In this document: positions 59,869 to 64,000 of the stretch, piece after piece | Layout: the number at the start of each line of letters is the position of its first letter | Numbering within the stretch: position 1 is the first letter of the stretch | Assembly (NCBI GenBank): GCA_902596665.1 | Contig: CACJUN010000001.1 | Span: forward strand, 323,680 to 387,679 | Length of the DNA stretch: 64,000 nucleotides | Direction: 5' to 3' | From: an uncultured SAR86 cluster bacterium | GTDB taxonomy: Bacteria > Pseudomonadota > Gammaproteobacteria > Magnimaribacterales > AG-339-G14 | Notes under the pieces: model-generated | What the model saw: the letters and a program-made list of their open reading frames with translations, nothing else | Database searches by the model: none | Told to the model about the DNA's origin: nothing | Made by a program: the position numbers and the translations under genes

Positions 59869-60598
59869 ATGAATAAGTACAAATATTTAGAAACTAAACT
59901 TAATAGCGGTGTTTTCTATATTGAGTTAACTCGAAAGAAGTCTATGAATGCTCTTAATACAAAAACTCTTGATGAATTAAAAAAAGTATTTTTTAGAAGC
60001 TTCAGAGAACAGCAAAATTAAAATCATAATTCTTCATTCCAATGAAAATAATTTTTCTGCTGGAGCAGATATAAAAGAAAAATTAAAGAGAAAAAATAAC
60101 TTAGAAAGATGGCAAAAGAATTATGGTAAAGAATGCATAGAAGCTATTCTCTCTACTCCTCAAATAACTATCTGTGTAACTAATGGCTATACATTAGGAG
60201 GAGCCGCAGTAATCGCAACAGCTTGCGATTTCAGGATTGGCAACAAAGATACAATTATTGGTTATCCAGAAATTGTCTTAGGGATGAATCTAAATTGGCT
60301 TGGTCTGCCTTTACTTCAAAATATTGTAGGGTCCACAAAGACAAAGGAAATGGTTATCTCTGGGCAAAATTATTCCACGGATGAATTAAGTAAATATAAT
60401 TTTTTTGATGATCTGTTTGATGAAGATGACAAAATTAAAATTATCAATAAATGGGTAAAGAAATTTAAATCAAGATCTCCTTTAGCTTCTCAAATGATTA
60501 AAAGAAGTATTAATGTTCTAGCTTTCCATGATGCCCTTGCAATTATGCATATGGATTATGATCAATTTCTATTGACTCAAAATTATTCAGACAGCTAA
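59869..60598 (+). pseudogene. enoyl-CoA hydratase/isomerase (crotonase) family gene interrupted by a +1 frameshift in a T6 run
   Basis: Frame 1 (59869-60021) gives MNKYKYLETKLNSGVFYIELTRKKSMNALNTKTLDELKKVFF then RSFREQQN*. The next frame from 59990 gives FLEASENSKIKIIILHSNENNFSAGADIKE...GYTLGGAAVIATACDFRIG... through to 60598. Deleting one T of T6 (59989-59994) joins them into one crotonase. Confidence 0.7.
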
Positions 60599-61558
60599 TT
60601 TTGTTTTCATAGATTGATATTCTTCTACCATTTGGTCGACAACATCTTTAACAGGAGGAGCATTTTTTATCGTTCCAATACCTTGACCGGATCCCCAAAT
60701 GTCCTTCCATGCTTTCGAAGAATTATCTTTCATAGCTGAACCAGAAGAACCAAAATTCATATCATCTTTACCAGAAACTGGTAGATTGTCAGGATCTAAT
60801 CCAGCTTTAACTACGCTGGGCTTTAAATAGTTTCCATGCACACCAGTGAATGTTGAGGAGTACATGATATCGTCAGCGGCACTTTCAACTATCATTTGTT
60901 TATATCCTTCTGAAGCATTTGCTTCTTGAGTAGCAATAAACCTGGTGCCAACATAGGCAAAATCGGCACCCATTGCCTGAGCTGATAACACAGAGGAACC
61001 TTGAGATATTGATCCAGATAAAGCTATTGGACCATCAAAAAATTCTCTAACTTCACTAACCAAAGCGAATGGGCTTAATGTGCCTGCATGTCCTCCGGCT
61101 CCAGCACAAACTAATATTAAGCCATCAGCGCCTTCATCAATTGCTTTTTTTGCGTGTCTTATGTTTATAACATCATGCATGACGACCCCACCATAACTAT
61201 GAATCGCATCCACGACGAATTTGGGGGCTCTGAGGCTTGTGATTATCATTGGAACTTTATATTCAACACAGACTTCAACATCATGTTCTAATCTATCATT
61301 AGACTTATGGCAGATTTGATTTACTGCAAACGGAGCTGCTGGTGAATCAGGGTTATCTTTGGTATGTTGTTCTAGTTCTGCAGAAATCCTTTGAAACCAT
61401 TTCTCTAGTTCTTCAGCAGGTCTAGCATTCAAAGCAGGAAAACTTCCTACAATACCTGCTTTGCATTGTGCAATTACAAGTTCTGGATAAGAAACCGTAA
61501 ACAAAGGCGCTCCTATAACTGGTATTCTTAAATCTTTTAATAATTCTTTAACTTCCAT
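60587..61558 (-). CDS. nitronate monooxygenase (NMO/2-nitropropane dioxygenase family, FMN TIM barrel)
   Basis: 323 aa with IPVIGAPLF.., AGADGLILVCAGAGGHAG and GADFAYVGTRF. Confidence 0.8.
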   Translation of the reverse strand: MEVKELLKDLRIPVIGAPLFTVSYPELVIAQCKAGIVGSFPALNARPAEELEKWFQRISAELEQHTKDNPDSPAAPFAVNQICHKSNDRLEHDVEVCVEYKVPMIITSLRAPKFVVDAIHSYGGVVMHDVINIRHAKKAIDEGADGLILVCAGAGGHAGTLSPFALVSEVREFFDGPIALSGSISQGSSVLSAQAMGADFAYVGTRFIATQEANASEGYKQMIVESAADDIMYSSTFTGVHGNYLKPSVVKAGLDPDNLPVSGKDDMNFGSSGSAMKDNSSKAWKDIWGSGQGIGTIKNAPPVKDVVDQMVEEYQSMKTKLAV

Positions 61559-61576
61559 TAACTTACTCCTTCAGAT

Positions 61577-61699
61577 TTATTGAGATGAAACATAAAGAAC
61601 AATCGCAGCTGTTACAGCTAAAATGACAACTACAGATACGATTGCATCAAATTTGCTATCTTCTTTATCAGTTTTCTTCTCATAAAATTCATCGTTCAT
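61577..61699 (-). CDS. candidate 40-aa single-pass membrane peptide (not in the ORF track)
   Basis: MNDEFYEKKTDKEDSKFDAIVSVVVILAVTAAIVLYVSSQ has a charged N-terminus and one TM helix. The ATG lies 3 nt after the upstream stop and is preceded by TAGGGTAAATT. The peptide fills the only gap between two same-strand genes. Confidence 0.35.
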   Translation of the reverse strand: MNDEFYEKKTDKEDSKFDAIVSVVVILAVTAAIVLYVSSQ

Positions 61700-61702
61700 A
61701 AT

Positions 61703-62710
61703 TTACCCTAAATTAACTCTAATTCTTCCAACCTGATTACCTTTTAAAATCTTTTCAACTTCGTCTGATAAAGATTCAAGATAGACCTCTTTTGTAATTT
61801 TTTCTAAATCAATCTTCCAACCGCTAGAAAAATTGTTCCAAATTTCTTTTTTTACTTCTAATAAAGACTCAGCAGAATCAATACCTATCAGAGTAACTCC
61901 TCGGAGAATAAAAGGAAAAACACTTGTTTCTAGTTTATCGCTCGCGACATTACCGCAGCATGTTATCACTCCTCTTTGTGAAGTTTGGCTAATGAAATTT
62001 GATAAAATGTTTCCTCCGACAGTATCGACTCCGCCTTGATAAATCCCTTTTTGAAGAGGCTTTCCTTGCTCTTCCATATCACTTCTCATAATCACTGAAG
62101 ATGCGCCTAACGATTCAAGATATTCAATTTGATCTTTTTTTCCAGTTAATGCAGTAACCTTAAACCCCAATTTAGATAAAACCATAACAGCTACTGAGCC
62201 AACTCCTCCAGAAGCTCCAGTGACTAGGACATCTCCAGAATCTGGCGTTAAGTCATTTTGAAGTAATTTTCTAACACATAGACCTGCGGTTAGACCGGCT
62301 GTTCCAATCGACATTGCTTCAGCTTCACTTAATTCATCGGGAAGAGATATAGCCCAAGAAGCTGGGATTGAAATATATTGACCAAAGCCTCCATATGTAT
62401 TCATTCCAAGATCGTAGCCGGTAACAATAATCTTATCTCCCTTTTTGAAATTAGATGAGTTACTTTCAACTACTTCACCAACAGCATCTATTCCAGGAGT
62501 ATGTGGATAATTTCTCGTAACACCTTTGTTGCCTGATGCGGAAAGAGCATCTTTATAATTTAAAGACGAGTAGGATACTTTGATAAGTAAATCATTTTCC
62601 TCAAGATTAACTGTAGATAGAATTTCTATTGAATTGCAAAAACCGGAGTCTGTCTCTTGAGTTAAGAAAGCTTTGTACTTTATATCTTCCATGAAGAGAG
62701 TATTAAACAT
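61703..62710 (-). CDS. YhdH/AcuI-family quinone oxidoreductase-like MDR (acrylyl-CoA reductase type)
   Basis: 335 aa. SSLNYKDALSASGNKGVTRNYPHTPGIDAVGEV aligns well with E. coli YhdH. GASGGVGS provides NADPH binding. Confidence 0.8.
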   Translation of the reverse strand: MFNTLFMEDIKYKAFLTQETDSGFCNSIEILSTVNLEENDLLIKVSYSSLNYKDALSASGNKGVTRNYPHTPGIDAVGEVVESNSSNFKKGDKIIVTGYDLGMNTYGGFGQYISIPASWAISLPDELSEAEAMSIGTAGLTAGLCVRKLLQNDLTPDSGDVLVTGASGGVGSVAVMVLSKLGFKVTALTGKKDQIEYLESLGASSVIMRSDMEEQGKPLQKGIYQGGVDTVGGNILSNFISQTSQRGVITCCGNVASDKLETSVFPFILRGVTLIGIDSAESLLEVKKEIWNNFSSGWKIDLEKITKEVYLESLSDEVEKILKGNQVGRIRVNLG

Positions 62711-62908
62711 GAATAAAAGACTTTTTTAAAGCGATCAAAATATGAAATTCAAGGTTATTGACATACTAGTAAAAAATGTATGCATTTGGAGCATTTTTCA
62801 TACAAAAATGTTTCAAAAGTGTATGATGCGCCTTATAAATGCTTAAAAATAGTGCACTCAAGTGAATATTTATAGTGTTTAATAGTTTTTTCTCTTAAAG
62901 GAGCTTAT

Positions 62909-63550
62909 ATGAAAAATTTACAAACGTTTGTTATAGCCCTTCCTTTGCTAATAGTATCATCACTAGCAAGTGCTGTTTCTGTTTCTGGAAACATAGCCCT
63001 TACTTCTGACTACATTTGGAGAGGATGGACACAAAGTGCAGGAGGACCAGCTGTAAGTGGAGGTTTTGATCTTTCCACTGATAGTGGTTTTTACATTGGA
63101 ACTTGGGGTTCTAGTGTTCAATTTGGTGATGCAACAACCAGCGATTTAACTGAATTAGAACTAGACGTATACCTAGGTTACAGCACTGATATTGCTGACA
63201 ACATTTCTTTAGATGTTGGATACATAACATACACTTACCCTGGTGCCACAGATGCTAATTTTGATGAAGCTTACATAGGTTTTGATATCTATGGCTTTGG
63301 AATTAGCTATGCTTCAGGTATGGATAGTGCCGCTGACTATGCTCAAATATCTTACGGTATTGATGCTGGTCCAGGTAGCTTCTCTGTTTCTTATGGTGAT
63401 TACGAGGATACAAGTAACGACTTTCTCATCGGTTACGACTGGGGAGTTGGTGGTGATTTTGGAATCGGCGTATATTATTACGACCTTGAAACTGAGGATG
63501 GAACCATGGACGACAGTGGTGTGACTCTTACTATTAGCTACGCACCGTAA
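62909..63550 (+). CDS. TorF-family putative outer-membrane porin (TIGR02001/Gcw_chp)
   Basis: 213 aa with a signal peptide. The TSDYIWRGWTQS motif resembles the family's SDYRFRGISQT. It has alternating beta-strand character and a strong AAAGGAG SD. Confidence 0.7.
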   Translation: MKNLQTFVIALPLLIVSSLASAVSVSGNIALTSDYIWRGWTQSAGGPAVSGGFDLSTDSGFYIGTWGSSVQFGDATTSDLTELELDVYLGYSTDIADNISLDVGYITYTYPGATDANFDEAYIGFDIYGFGISYASGMDSAADYAQISYGIDAGPGSFSVSYGDYEDTSNDFLIGYDWGVGGDFGIGVYYYDLETEDGTMDDSGVTLTISYAP

Positions 63551-63564
63551 ATCAGAAAAGATTT

Positions 63565-63596
63565 AAAAAAACCCTCTTTTATAGAGGGTTTTTTTA
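63565..63596. terminator. bidirectional intrinsic terminator between convergent genes
   Basis: A7-CCCUCU-UUUAU-AGAGGG-U8. The U tract overlaps the stop codon of the minus-strand gene. Confidence 0.7.
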
Positions 63597-64000
63597 TTCT
63601 CTAATAACAAATCCAATCTCCTCTTGAAGTTGCTCTAAGTCTGTTTCTTTCATAGAACCTTTCTTAAGAAAAAAGTCTTCAACAACATTTGGAAAAAAAA
63701 TATAACTTAATACATTTTCTAATCTTTGAGAAAAATCTTTTATTTTATTTTCTTTGCAAAAAGATTTTAATCTTGATTTAGCTGAATCTAGATCTTCTTG
63801 GATGTGTTCATCCAGTTTAATTTTTTTTGCAAGTTCAGAAAGGTTCTTATTTATTTTTCCAGGAACCTTTCCATATTTTCCTAAAATTAAATTTACTGTT
63901 TCAATATTAAGATGTTTATATCTTTCTTCATCGAGAACATTAAACAAAGCTTGTGCTCCGACTATTTGGGAACTCGGGGTTACTAATGGAACAAACCCTA
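63594..64000 (-). CDS. oxaloacetate decarboxylase alpha / pyruvate carboxyltransferase-like protein, C-terminal part (5' end outside window)
   Basis: The frame is open to the window edge. GFVPLVTPSSQIVGAQALFNVLDEERYKHLNIETVNLILGKYGKVPG matches the conserved PYC_OADA domain. The protein ends about 135 aa later without a biotinyl (AMKM) domain. Confidence 0.75.
   Translation of the reverse strand, partial: GFVPLVTPSSQIVGAQALFNVLDEERYKHLNIETVNLILGKYGKVPGKINKNLSELAKKIKLDEHIQEDLDSAKSRLKSFCKENKIKDFSQRLENVLSYIFFPNVVEDFFLKKGSMKETDLEQLQEEIGFVIRE

Noticed and set aside
62783-62797. A sigma54-like TGGAGC..TTTCA sequence upstream of the porin gene.
   Set aside because: The spacing between the GG and the would-be GC element does not fit TGGCAC-N5-TTGC, and no GC dinucleotide is at the -12 position.
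62742-62846. A 34-codon ORF (MKFKVIDILVKNVCIWSIFHTKMFQKCMMRLINA) in the porin upstream region.
   Set aside because: It has no SD, overlaps the repeat motifs and has no recognisable features. It is more likely non-coding regulatory DNA.

Overview
This is an AT-rich, very gene-dense chromosomal segment with about 60 CDS, one tRNA and almost no intergenic DNA. Gene order is gammaproteobacterial: mnmA-purB-aceA; nqrABCDEF-apbE-nqrM preceded by a long-form GAPDH, two acyl-CoA dehydrogenases and divergent mfd; sbcB-nfuA-etfAB with divergent ETF-QO; lolC/lolD-msbA::lpxK-kdsB-murB; trpS; tRNA-Ser; tdk; sohB-nupC; an Oar-like TonB receptor; serS-lolA-ftsK with divergent trxB. The content suggests a streamlined marine gammaproteobacterium: Na+-NQR, ETF/ETF-QO, many acyl-CoA, aldehyde, SDR, VOC and flavin enzymes, and MFS/CNT transporters. 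'SAR86-like' is only my guess. I saw no rRNA, CRISPR array, transposase, integrase, phage gene or recognisable defence system, so this is a housekeeping/metabolic region rather than an obvious accessory island. The items most worth a second look are: (1) an unidentified G+C-rich four-helix RNA plus intrinsic terminator directly upstream of trpS; (2) a single 923-aa MsbA::LpxK fusion ORF; (3) a LolA homologue with a lipobox and Asp at +2; (4) a nupC / 2OG-oxygenase / PfkB-kinase module whose divergent start codons are 1 nt apart; (5) an adjacent acyl-CoA dehydrogenase pair in which one member lacks both known catalytic Glu positions; (6) a crotonase gene broken by a +1 frameshift in a T6 run; (7) two small genes missing from the ORF track, nqrM and a 40-aa membrane peptide. 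All calls come from reading translations and motifs by eye. No database search was run.
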